A stretch of DNA of 64,000 nt, taken from contig CAXXJJ010000001.1 in assembly GCA_963667015.2 (NCBI GenBank), positions 1,312,001-1,376,000 of the forward strand, in the 5' to 3' direction. Of this stretch, positions 30,432 to 40,001 are shown one piece after another. The notes beneath the pieces were generated by a model that did no database searches, was not told the DNA's origin, and saw only the letters and a program-made list of their open reading frames with translations. A program made the translations under genes and the position numbers. Position 1 is the stretch's first letter. Every line of letters begins with the position of its first letter. The DNA is from Desulfatiglandales bacterium. GTDB taxonomy: Bacteria > Desulfobacterota > DSM-4660 > Desulfatiglandales > HGW-15.

Positions 30432-31814
30432 ATGAATAAAAAAAGACTTCCTGCTCTTCTTACCCACAGCTACGGCTCAGCCACCCTGACATTCAACCTG
30501 ATGATGATGGTGGCCTTAAATTACTACACCTATTTTCTTACAGATGTGGTGATGATAGCTTCAATTCATCTGGCTATATTCATGCCGCTTACCCATGTAA
30601 TAGATGCAGTATCTATACCTATTGGCGGAGCCATAATCCAGAAGACTCAGTTCAGATGGGGGCAATTCCGGTCATGGCTCCTGTTTTTGCCTGTATCCAC
30701 CTTTATATTTTTTACCATTACATTTACCAATATTCCCTCTGCAAGTTATGGGGTTAAATTATTATATTTAGGACTGGCATATGTAATAGCTCATGTAAGC
30801 CTTAATTTTGCCTTCAATGCTCATCTCGGGCTTATATCGGTGATTTCAAACAATGTTGATGACAGGGCCTCCCTTTCAATATGGAATACCCGGTATACAT
30901 ACGGCGCACAGCTAATCTTCAGTCAGTTGGCGATCCCGGTACTTCTTATTTTCAGGGCTGATTACGGTGAATCTCTGGGCTTTTTCCTGACGGTCCTTAT
31001 ACTCGCCGGGCTTCAAATGTTTGGCTACTGGAACCTGTTCATAAGAACAAAGGAATATGACCGTTATGATCCTAATAAAAAATTAAAATCTGCAAATAAT
31101 TTAACGCTGCTTGAAATGGGGAAGCAGATAATCGGTAACAGACACCTGATGTTAATTATGATTGCCGACACCGTAAAAGACGTGGCAATATTCGGGCTTG
31201 TATCCATTGCAGTCTATTATTTTAAATATGTTACAGGTGATGATTCATGGATGAAGACCTATACATTATTATCAGCTGTTTCAATTCTTACTTCAACAGT
31301 GATAGCCCCGCATGTCATAAAAAAAATTGGAAGAAGAGGGACATGTATCTATTCGGCCTTTTTCGGTATCATAGGGTATTTAATCCTGCGTAAATATGGC
31401 ACAAGTGGTCCAATTACATACACGTTAATTATTGCCTGTACAAACCTTGTTGTCTATCTTCCTATGCCTATAAGGCAGGCAATGTATATGGATGCCTCCG
31501 AATACGGCTATTACAAGACCGGCAAAAACGCCAGCGCCTTTATAATGTCCATGTACACAATGCCGGTAAAAATCGGGATAGCCGGGGCCCTTTCAATAAT
31601 TCCTCTATTTTTGGCTTATATAGGATATGTTCCCAATATGGAGTCTACACCTGAATTTGTCACTAGTCTGATGAATCTGATTTCATTTTTACCCATCGTA
31701 TGCTACCTCATCGCAGGTTTTGTCTTTATTTTTTACGGCCTGACCGATGAAAAAGTAGCGTTCTACATGACAGAGAATCAGAAAAAAAGAGAGGAAGCGG
31801 AAGTAAAAATGTAA
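30432..31814 (+). CDS. MFS transporter, GPH (MelB-like) family
   Basis: About 12 TM segments; RWGQFRSW motif. Confidence 0.85.
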   Translation: MNKKRLPALLTHSYGSATLTFNLMMMVALNYYTYFLTDVVMIASIHLAIFMPLTHVIDAVSIPIGGAIIQKTQFRWGQFRSWLLFLPVSTFIFFTITFTNIPSASYGVKLLYLGLAYVIAHVSLNFAFNAHLGLISVISNNVDDRASLSIWNTRYTYGAQLIFSQLAIPVLLIFRADYGESLGFFLTVLILAGLQMFGYWNLFIRTKEYDRYDPNKKLKSANNLTLLEMGKQIIGNRHLMLIMIADTVKDVAIFGLVSIAVYYFKYVTGDDSWMKTYTLLSAVSILTSTVIAPHVIKKIGRRGTCIYSAFFGIIGYLILRKYGTSGPITYTLIIACTNLVVYLPMPIRQAMYMDASEYGYYKTGKNASAFIMSMYTMPVKIGIAGALSIIPLFLAYIGYVPNMESTPEFVTSLMNLISFLPIVCYLIAGFVFIFYGLTDEKVAFYMTENQKKREEAEVKM

Positions 31815-31933
31815 GCATCTCGTATTGTATGTACCATCCGTAAAACAGTCTCTACCAGTGGTATGGAAACAGGCCCGGTCCAGGCGGTGAAGTTTTTTCC
31901 GGATGAGAATTTATAATAAAGGAGAATTACAAA

Positions 31934-33313
31934 GTGGAAAAAGCAGAAAACAGACTTCCCGGTTTACTCGTCAACAGCTACGGTTTTGCATACATGACCT
32001 TCACATTGATGATGAGTCTGGCGCTCAACTATTATGCGATATTCCTTACCGATGTCGCGCTTATAACCGCCGCGCATATGGGTACAATTATGTTTATAAC
32101 CCATTTTGTGGATTTTGCATCAATCCCCTTCTCCGGCAGCATAATTCAAAAGACCCAGTTCCGCTGGGGACAGTTCAGGTCATGGTTGCTTATTCCACCG
32201 ATATTTACAGCCATTTTTTTCACCCTCACATTTACAAATCTACCTGTAGGTTATAGCACAAAAGTTATTTATTTAAGCCTTGCCTACATGATTGCCCATG
32301 TAAATCTAAACTTTGCTTTCAATGCACACCTGGGCCTGATTTCTGTAGTGGCAAACAATGTCAGGGAAAGACTCAGGATGTCAACAAGGAATATGCAGTG
32401 GGGCATGTTCAGCCAGATTGTCTTCAGCCTGGTTGTTGTTAAATACATGCTTTACTATTTCAGTGAGCAGAGTCCGACCTGGGGATATTTTTATACTGTC
32501 GGGATACTGGCTGTTGTTCAGGTTTTCGGATACTGGTTTCTTTTTTATCAGACGCGAAACTACGAAAAATATGATCCGGATAAAAAACTCAAGGCTGCTT
32601 TTGATTTAAATTTTAAAGAGATGGTAATGCAGGTTCTGGCAAACAAGCATCTGCGGCTTATCATGACAGCGGATGTTGCTGTTAATCTGGGAATCTTCAG
32701 CCTTTCCACATTCGCTCCCTACTATTTCAAGTATATAACCGGAAATGAGCAGTTCATGGTCCAGTACACGCTTTTATTAGGCATCGGTGTCTTTGCAAGC
32801 ACACTTATCGCACCCATGGTAGTAAAAATATTCGGAAAGAGAAATACATACCTGTTTGCAGGGCTCTGGGGTACAGTCGGGTACTGTTCTCTGAGGATGT
32901 TTGGCGCATCAGACCCATGGGTATATTCAGTAATTGTCCTGGTATCAGTGCTTGGGGCCGGTACAAGTTATCCCATACGTCAGGCAATGTATATGGATGC
33001 TGCAGAATACGGGTATTATAAAACAGGTAAAGATGCGAGCGCATTTATTATGTCAATGTATACCCTGCCGACCAAGATAGCGATCATGATAGCAACATCG
33101 GGTGCAGGTTATGGCCTTGCACTTATAGGATTTAAGGCGAATATTGCCCAGACCCCCGAGGTCTTAAACAACATGATGAATATCATCTGTTTCATTCCGG
33201 CAGGGAGCGGCTTTACTGCATTTCTGGTAATGCTTTTTTACTCACTTTCAGATGACAAACTCCATAAAATTATGGAGACGAACGCAGCTAAAAAGGCGGA
33301 AGCAAAGGCGTAA
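31934..33313 (+). CDS. MFS transporter, GPH family (tandem paralog)
   Basis: Shares blocks with the preceding gene (NFAFNAHLGLISV, IRQAMYMDA). Confidence 0.85.
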   Translation: MEKAENRLPGLLVNSYGFAYMTFTLMMSLALNYYAIFLTDVALITAAHMGTIMFITHFVDFASIPFSGSIIQKTQFRWGQFRSWLLIPPIFTAIFFTLTFTNLPVGYSTKVIYLSLAYMIAHVNLNFAFNAHLGLISVVANNVRERLRMSTRNMQWGMFSQIVFSLVVVKYMLYYFSEQSPTWGYFYTVGILAVVQVFGYWFLFYQTRNYEKYDPDKKLKAAFDLNFKEMVMQVLANKHLRLIMTADVAVNLGIFSLSTFAPYYFKYITGNEQFMVQYTLLLGIGVFASTLIAPMVVKIFGKRNTYLFAGLWGTVGYCSLRMFGASDPWVYSVIVLVSVLGAGTSYPIRQAMYMDAAEYGYYKTGKDASAFIMSMYTLPTKIAIMIATSGAGYGLALIGFKANIAQTPEVLNNMMNIICFIPAGSGFTAFLVMLFYSLSDDKLHKIMETNAAKKAEAKA

Positions 33314-33378
33314 AAAAAAACTTCATTCTATTTACACCTTAGCGAAGACTGGGCGAATATCCCGACGCTGTTTCGAGA

Positions 33379-33430
33379 ACCGGGGATGACTACTCAGCCT
33401 GTCATTCCCCGGCTCCGACCGGGGAATCCA
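33379..33430. repeat. REP-like palindromic element
   Basis: CGGGGATGAC...GTCATTCCCCGG-ctccga-CCGGGGAATCCA. Confidence 0.5.
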
Positions 33431-33515
33431 TGTTTTTATTTTCCAGCATTTAAATATACAAGAGCTAATCCGACATACTCCTTGATGACAAATTTAAAAT
33501 CCATATTTTCCTGAT

Positions 33516-35399
33516 CTATTCACCATATAAAATCTGCTTGCGCAGATCCTGCATAATTGTTTGCCCAAGCTCTCTAATATCCGGGTAAATATCAGGAGTG
33601 CACAGCCCACGTGGAGTCATGACTGTAAGTTTCCTTTCTCTCTTAAGCGTCTGTCCATCAAGTGTATAAGTTGCACTGTAACTTCCATATTTGTTGCTGT
33701 AATTTGTATTCTTTGGCATTAAAGTAATCTTAATTCCATCTGGTAAGGTCACGGATGTTGTTTCAATTTTTGTATATCCACTGCTGTACATTGGATGTTT
33801 CCTTTCAGGCAAGTCAGGCATGAAAGCCAGGATCCTGATCGGGGAGGGATTTGGAACTCCAGGGGGTATAGTAAGTGCTCCGGGTCCCGGGATCAACATG
33901 GTATCTTTCATTGTAAACTCTGTTTCTATTTTAAGTTCCCCTTTAAGGTCACGCGGATCTCCGCCTGTTATATTTCCTTCTCCCTGAAAACCTGATCTCG
34001 ATATTAGTACTCGTGCGGCCTGGTCTTCTCTCCCGGGTGGGATGGTGGCCTTAAAACTACGTAAAACATAGTCCATTCCGCCACTTGCTTCCATAACTGC
34101 TTTTCCATTTGCGTTTCCATCATTAGTAATGGTCATGGTAGTGACTGTTTTGAGTATTGATTCTTCCGGCGTATTTTCAGGTATCATCATTATGCCTGAA
34201 CTTTTTTTGACCCCGCGGGTAACTAAAACAAATTTGCCGCGTTCCTGATTTGGCAGTACGCCAAAAGGTGCGGTTTCGGCAGTTGGGTCAACAAAAATAT
34301 CAAATTCCGGCAGATATGTAATTGCATGGTTATAGATACTCGGGATTGCAACATCCGGCTGCCAGTAGAAGTCTGATGCATTGATAAGTACAGGTGCTGA
34401 TTTAATACCTTTTGCAGTGAGAAGCGAATTGAGAAGAACGACTTTATCTTTGCAGTCGCCATAACCTGTTTGCTTAATAGTAACAGCATCCCTGGGTACA
34501 ACACCTCCAAGGCCGAAATTTAAAGCAACATATCTGATGTTCTTAACCACCCATTGATAAAGCTCGGCTGCCTGATCGCGTTTATTCGCAATACCATCAG
34601 TAATTTCATCCGCAAGTTTTTGTATTTCATCCGTAACCATTTCCTTATCGGCTGCGCGTGCCAGATAGGCTTCAGCAACTTCATTAAAGTTGGCAAAGGT
34701 GGTGACTGCCAGGCGAGGACTGTAGTTTGCCTCGTCTATCGCTCCCTCCTCAGGTTTTTGACCTTTCTGGTCTTTAATAGTCCAAACCCATTTTGATTTT
34801 CCCGGGAGATCAGATTTAACCTGGCCGCCTTCAATATCAATAGCCTGAACATAGATTTTTAAATTTTTTGGAGTAATTATGGTAATTGTTGCGTTTTTAA
34901 TATCAACGCTTTGTGGAATCATCTCGAACATGGAGAATTGGTTTTCGAAAAGAGGCTTTATTTGTTTTTGTTTATAGTGATAGGTCTTGGCTGCACCAAC
35001 CGCAATCTGGGGAAATACGATAACTGTAATCTTAATATCACCAAATGCAGGCGCGGTTGTGCTTATTGGGCTCTGTTGTGTAATTATCTTATCGTCAGGT
35101 ACGACAATTTTTTCCCCGTCAGCCGTCTCGGTATAGGCTTCCAGTACTTCCAGATTTTGCATAGTTTCGCTATAGGAAAGATACGTCTGAGCTGAAGATT
35201 GTACAGCCTGATCAATATTTATTCGGATCTTTCCAAATGCATCCTGAGTGTAAGTGCCATCCTCATTGACAGTATAGGTTACATCCAATTGCTCAATTGT
35301 AAGAGGTGATTTGTATTCCGGAGCAGCAAGCTGTGCTGTGGCAGTTCCGGTACTGATAAGAATAAAAAAGAAAGCCGCAAAATATGAACAGAGTCTCAT
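33516..35399 (-). CDS. Secreted DUF3857 plus transglutaminase-like protein
   Basis: Signal peptide; NIRYV, GDCKD, NHAI and DPT (Cys-His-Asp triad). Confidence 0.85.
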   Translation of the reverse strand: MRLCSYFAAFFFILISTGTATAQLAAPEYKSPLTIEQLDVTYTVNEDGTYTQDAFGKIRINIDQAVQSSAQTYLSYSETMQNLEVLEAYTETADGEKIVVPDDKIITQQSPISTTAPAFGDIKITVIVFPQIAVGAAKTYHYKQKQIKPLFENQFSMFEMIPQSVDIKNATITIITPKNLKIYVQAIDIEGGQVKSDLPGKSKWVWTIKDQKGQKPEEGAIDEANYSPRLAVTTFANFNEVAEAYLARAADKEMVTDEIQKLADEITDGIANKRDQAAELYQWVVKNIRYVALNFGLGGVVPRDAVTIKQTGYGDCKDKVVLLNSLLTAKGIKSAPVLINASDFYWQPDVAIPSIYNHAITYLPEFDIFVDPTAETAPFGVLPNQERGKFVLVTRGVKKSSGIMMIPENTPEESILKTVTTMTITNDGNANGKAVMEASGGMDYVLRSFKATIPPGREDQAARVLISRSGFQGEGNITGGDPRDLKGELKIETEFTMKDTMLIPGPGALTIPPGVPNPSPIRILAFMPDLPERKHPMYSSGYTKIETTSVTLPDGIKITLMPKNTNYSNKYGSYSATYTLDGQTLKRERKLTVMTPRGLCTPDIYPDIRELGQTIMQDLRKQILYGE

Positions 35400-35493
35400 A
35401 ATATTTGTCTCCTTACTATTTTTAAATTAATAACATTGGTTTTATTGTTTAAAATTAAATTGTTTAGTAATAGTGTTAAAAGATAATCTTGAT

Positions 35494-36698
35494 TTATGGT
35501 TGCTGGCTTGCAAAAGCCGTCTTTGGAACATGCATTGATGAATGAGCTTTTTCGAGGCAATCAGGAATATAAATATGCTGGGGGCACTTTTCCAGACAAG
35601 TACCGCATTTATTACATTTGTCTGCCCTCTGTTCCTGATTAAAACCATATGGGCTGTTATACCAGATTATCCCATGTTTAGGATCTTCATACATGCAGGA
35701 ATCATTATACATGTTAAAAACACCCGGAATATCAACTCCATTAGGGCATGGCATGCAATATCGACAGGATGTACATGGTACAGGCCTTAAAGCTTTATAG
35801 TCTTTCCTGACCTGTTTGACTAAATTACGATCTGCATCAGTAAATTTCCCTGGCCCTGATCGTTCAGCTAGAGATATATTTTCAATTACCTGATCCATCG
35901 TACTCATACCACTCAGTACAACAGAGATTTCCTCCTGGTCCCAGAGCCACTGTAACCCCCACTCAGCAAGACTCCTTTTTTTATCAGCTGAATTCCAGAG
36001 TTCTGATATCTTTTGGGGTGGAGTTTTAGTCAACTGTCCACCTCTTAACGGTTCCATTATTACAATTCCCATGTCTTTCGAGGCTGCGTATTCAATTCCC
36101 CGTTTGCCGGCCTGGTCATTGATATCCATGTAGTTATATTGAAGCTGGCATATAGACCAGTTGTCATTTGAATCAGTTATTATCTTGAAGTTTTCAAAAT
36201 TATCATGAAAGGAAAATCCGGTATGTTCTATTTTCCCTTTAGCCATTAAACCATCCAGCCATGGAATTACCCCTAAATCACGTACTTTTGGCCAGTTAAG
36301 ACCGGAAAGTGCATGAAGGAGGTAAAAGTCTATTTTTTCAGTTTCAAGGCGTTCAAACTGCTCATTAAAAAAACGATCAAAATCATCTTTATGTTCAACC
36401 AGGTAAACTGGGAGTTTTGTAGCAATTTTAACTTTATCTCGATAACCATCTTTTAATGCCTTTGAAATAATTTTTCACTTTCACCGCCATGATAAAAATA
36501 ACCTGTATCTATATAATTTACGCCATGATCGATTGCATATCGAATCATTTTTATTGACTCGGTTTCATCGACTTTTGGAAATACCGGGTTTTTTGTAATT
36601 TTTCTAGGTATAGTCTCCGCTATCAGCGGTAAACGCATTGCACCAAAGCCCAACGCAGATACCTTATAGCCAGTTTTTCCGAGGTTCCTGAACTCCAT
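35494..36698 (-). pseudogene. Aldo/keto reductase with C-terminal 4Fe-4S domain, frameshifted
   Basis: ORFs 36453..36698 and 35494..36246 join if one A is added to the A5 run (plus-strand T5 at 36471-36475), giving [24 protein letters not shown]. Confidence 0.8.
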
Positions 36699-36741
36699 AT
36701 CCTTTCCTCATCATGTTAGTCGCTGTATATTTAAATACGCA

Positions 36742-37035
36742 TTAGTCATAATCAGGCACTTCAAACTCAAGTTTGGTTATGCAGTATTTTTCCCATTTGG
36801 GAGTCACATCATCAAAAAGAATGTTCTCTTCCTTGTAAACGTCATCTGTCACAACATAATTTTCCTGGAGATATACGATAGATTCATCGGTAAGTGTTCG
36901 TGGTTCTTCTACCTCTTTTCCATCAATTTCTAATTTTTCTTTCCGTGCATTTTGTGTATTCTCTTTCCATTTTCGATATTTTCTCATATCGCCTAAGTGA
37001 TATGCCTTGCAATATTTGCTCATAACTTTAATCAT
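36742..37035 (-). CDS. Small hypothetical protein coupled to the thioesterase gene
   Basis: RBS and overlap with the thioesterase stop; KYCKAY...YLQENYVVTD...ILFDDVTPKW. Confidence 0.75.
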   Translation of the reverse strand: MIKVMSKYCKAYHLGDMRKYRKWKENTQNARKEKLEIDGKEVEEPRTLTDESIVYLQENYVVTDDVYKEENILFDDVTPKWEKYCITKLEFEVPDYD

Positions 37036-37792
37036 GGTTTCTTCTCCTATATCCTGCCACTTCCTGATTAATAATATTAATAACTTCATCCAGGTTTGTA
37101 TTTATGAACAGATGTTTTCCCTGAATCATTTTCAAGTTAAAATCCTTACTTGTATGTGCATTCCACGCCTCTGCATCCTCGCGGCTGACCCGCTTGTCAG
37201 ACATTCCCCATAGCGAAGTAATACTGCAATCAAGTGGTTCGTCTTCAGTGTATTTCATTGTATTGAGCATCTCTATGTCCGCCCTTAAAACCGGAAGAAC
37301 CATGTCCAATAAATCCCTGTTATGCAGAACTTCATCCACCATACCTCCGAATTTTATCAATTTATCAATAAACTCTTTTTCTTCCATTGTATAATGAAGT
37401 GCATCCGGTTTTTCCGGAAGATGCGGAGCTCGAGCACCTGATATAAAAATATGTGTTGGAAGGGGCAAATTATATTTTCTTAAATAGCGCGACATATAAA
37501 AACTGATATGAGCGCCAAGGCTGTGACCAAAAAACATAAAAGGCATATTTAAAACAGGGAGGATCGCAGGAGTAAGGTCATTGATTAGATCAGAAATCCT
37601 TCTGTAAGGCTTCTCATTAAATCGATTTTCACGGCCCGGAAGCTTAACCATACATAGTTCAATTTCGTTTGATATATTTTCAATCCAATTAAAAAAAACA
37701 GATGCTCCGCCACCAGCATAGGGGAAGCAAAACAGCCGCACCCTTGCGTCAGGTTGTTCTTTTGGGCAAACAACCCATCTATTACTGTACAA
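37028..37792 (-). CDS. Type II thioesterase
   Basis: LFCFPYAGGGAS, GHSLG, LRAD and GKHLF motifs. Confidence 0.92.
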   Translation of the reverse strand: MYSNRWVVCPKEQPDARVRLFCFPYAGGGASVFFNWIENISNEIELCMVKLPGRENRFNEKPYRRISDLINDLTPAILPVLNMPFMFFGHSLGAHISFYMSRYLRKYNLPLPTHIFISGARAPHLPEKPDALHYTMEEKEFIDKLIKFGGMVDEVLHNRDLLDMVLPVLRADIEMLNTMKYTEDEPLDCSITSLWGMSDKRVSREDAEAWNAHTSKDFNLKMIQGKHLFINTNLDEVINIINQEVAGYRRRNHD

Positions 37793-37937
37793 AATTCAAC
37801 TCTCTATTAATATTATTATCAATAACGTCAGCTCATAAAAGCGGATTTTTCTGAAACTTTTAAGGAAAAGAATAATTTTCACAATCGAACCTATCACGCT
37901 TTTCATTCCCGCCGCTTTTCAGATATTTATTAGGAGA

Positions 37938-38903
37938 CTAAGTTCTGAAGGAGCCTGCTGAAACACTCCTTTCATTATTTTGGTCTTCAACAAAATAGTT
38001 GAATCCATTTTCACCAAAGAGCCAGTTTGCACATTCATCTCCCAATTCAGATATGGCTAACTCTTTGTATTCTAAAATATCATTAGTACTGAGATAGTCC
38101 TTCCATTGACTGTTTTTACCATTTAGGTAAAAAGTGCCGGCTCCGCCAACTAATGTATCGGATCCTTTAGGAGTAGTTTTTTCAGGATTTTTTTTCATCC
38201 ATTCATAAGAGCAATACTCCATAATTAGTTCCATTTGCTCGGAGGTAACCGGAATCTCGAGAAATTCTGCAACCCCTGATATTTCTCTTTCGAGGTCTTC
38301 TTTAAGAGAATTAAAATGTATGAGTTTAATAAAAGGTAGATTGCGAATATTCCACCAACTGCGGACGTTATTCCAAAAAGGCCACATTGGATAACCATCT
38401 TCATATAACCAGCTTTTCCAAAACTCATAAAAATTGCCAGTAGGGCGGTTTAGTGGCGGGCCAACTCGACCTTCTATTTTCGCTTTAAGGGCAAAGGATC
38501 CTTTACGAAATTTTTTCAGCCAATTATATAGACTCCAAACAATATCGGGTGCATTTCGTGCCACATATATATATTTTGCTTTTGAAGAAAAGACCAGAGT
38601 ATTTGCGGCTAAATGAGTTTTAATAAATCGTCTATGGGATTGATTATTTAAAATATTAAATTTTTCCTCTTTTGACAGATAAAGAAGATCTAGCCAAAAA
38701 GATAAGGTACTTGTAAGGAGATCGGGGTTGCCTCTAAAAATTAATTGCCCTACTATCTGCTGGACCCATGCAGTACCTGACCTTGCCCAGGATGCTATTA
38801 CGATGTCATCATCACGATATTTAAAATCATTCCATATAGTAGAATCAATGGTATGGTTTTGAAATTCATGTGTCTTTTTGGGCATAAAATCATTATTTAA
38901 CAT
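37938..38903 (-). CDS. PAPS-dependent sulfotransferase (Sulfotransfer_1-like)
   Basis: RDDDIVIASWARSGTAW (variant 5'-PSB loop), RFIKTHL and YVARNxxDxxxS motifs. Confidence 0.85.
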   Translation of the reverse strand: MLNNDFMPKKTHEFQNHTIDSTIWNDFKYRDDDIVIASWARSGTAWVQQIVGQLIFRGNPDLLTSTLSFWLDLLYLSKEEKFNILNNQSHRRFIKTHLAANTLVFSSKAKYIYVARNAPDIVWSLYNWLKKFRKGSFALKAKIEGRVGPPLNRPTGNFYEFWKSWLYEDGYPMWPFWNNVRSWWNIRNLPFIKLIHFNSLKEDLEREISGVAEFLEIPVTSEQMELIMEYCSYEWMKKNPEKTTPKGSDTLVGGAGTFYLNGKNSQWKDYLSTNDILEYKELAISELGDECANWLFGENGFNYFVEDQNNERSVSAGSFRT

Positions 38904-39063
38904 TTTTTTACCTCCTGATTGGTAATATTAAATTATATAAACAGAAGACACTTTAGTAGGATACTTTATCTAATGGTGGAATAGGAGCATCATCGGTTGT
39001 AATGATTGTAGTTGTTACATCTAAAAAACCAATAGATGTTTTGTGCAGATGACTGTAATACTA

Positions 39064-39762
39064 TTAATTTCTTTTTGAATAATATGAGACTCTAATAGAT
39101 TGTTCATAATCGCCAACCTCTCTCAAATCCTTTAATTTTTCGCTGCTCCAATGGAGTTCTTTAAAATTGAAACCATATGTTTTTAATATCAATTCAATAT
39201 AGTTTTTTGTTGGCCAGGCAACTAAATCTATTGGGTCAATTGTCGACCCTTCTATCTCATGGCTTTCCGGCATAAACACCAGGCACGGCTTCTCATCAGT
39301 ATCTTTGCTAATAAGTGTGTCGAGTAAAAAATGTTCAGGCTGAATACGTCTTATCTCACTAATTAACTCACTTTGCCGTATTGTATGATAAAAAAAACCA
39401 AAGCAAAGGACTGTATCAAATTCTTTCGGTTTCACTCTGTGGAGGTAGTCGAAAATATCACCTTGAACAAAACTAAAATTCTTTGGTTCGTATCCCATGT
39501 CTATTAAATTTTTCTTAGCTGACTTAACAAGATGATGTCTACCTTCAACACCCGTAACATGTCTTGCGCCTAATTCTAAACATGCATATGAAAACCTCCC
39601 ATCATGGCTTGCCAGATCAAGAATTCGTTTATCTTTTATTGCTTCCTGATTACTGGCGAGAAGGATTTCACATCGAAAGTTTAACCGGTCCAGGGATGCG
39701 CCGGTTTGACTGCTTTGAAGGAAAGGGGTATTCTCATAATTTATTCTAAAATTGCTCGTCAT
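39064..39762 (-). CDS. Class I SAM-dependent methyltransferase
   Basis: ILDLASHDG, VTGVEGR and CFGFFYH motifs. Confidence 0.8.
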   Translation of the reverse strand: MTSNFRINYENTPFLQSSQTGASLDRLNFRCEILLASNQEAIKDKRILDLASHDGRFSYACLELGARHVTGVEGRHHLVKSAKKNLIDMGYEPKNFSFVQGDIFDYLHRVKPKEFDTVLCFGFFYHTIRQSELISEIRRIQPEHFLLDTLISKDTDEKPCLVFMPESHEIEGSTIDPIDLVAWPTKNYIELILKTYGFNFKELHWSSEKLKDLREVGDYEQSIRVSYYSKRN

Positions 39763-39880
39763 ATCATCCTACCTTTCTAATATAAAATATTGGCTCTGAG
39801 ACATGCATGTTATCCCGGCCTAAAGTTCATTTAATTCCATTTTATTAGGAAAATTTCATTGTGTTATGTACATGATGGGG

Positions 39881-39928
39881 TAAAGATTTTTCACCACGGA
39901 GAGCATCCGCCTTCGCTGAAGCTATGGC
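39881..39928. repeat. Palindromic repeat; inverted partner at 41715-41761
   Basis: TAAAGATTTTTCACCACGGAGAGCATCCGCCTTCGCTGAAGCTATGGC closely matches the reverse complement of 41715-41761. Confidence 0.75.
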
Positions 39929-40001
39929 GGGACAGGCAGAGGAAACGGAGATATTTATAAAACAAATCTTTTTATTCCGTGGATAGCACAAGTATATTCA
40001 T

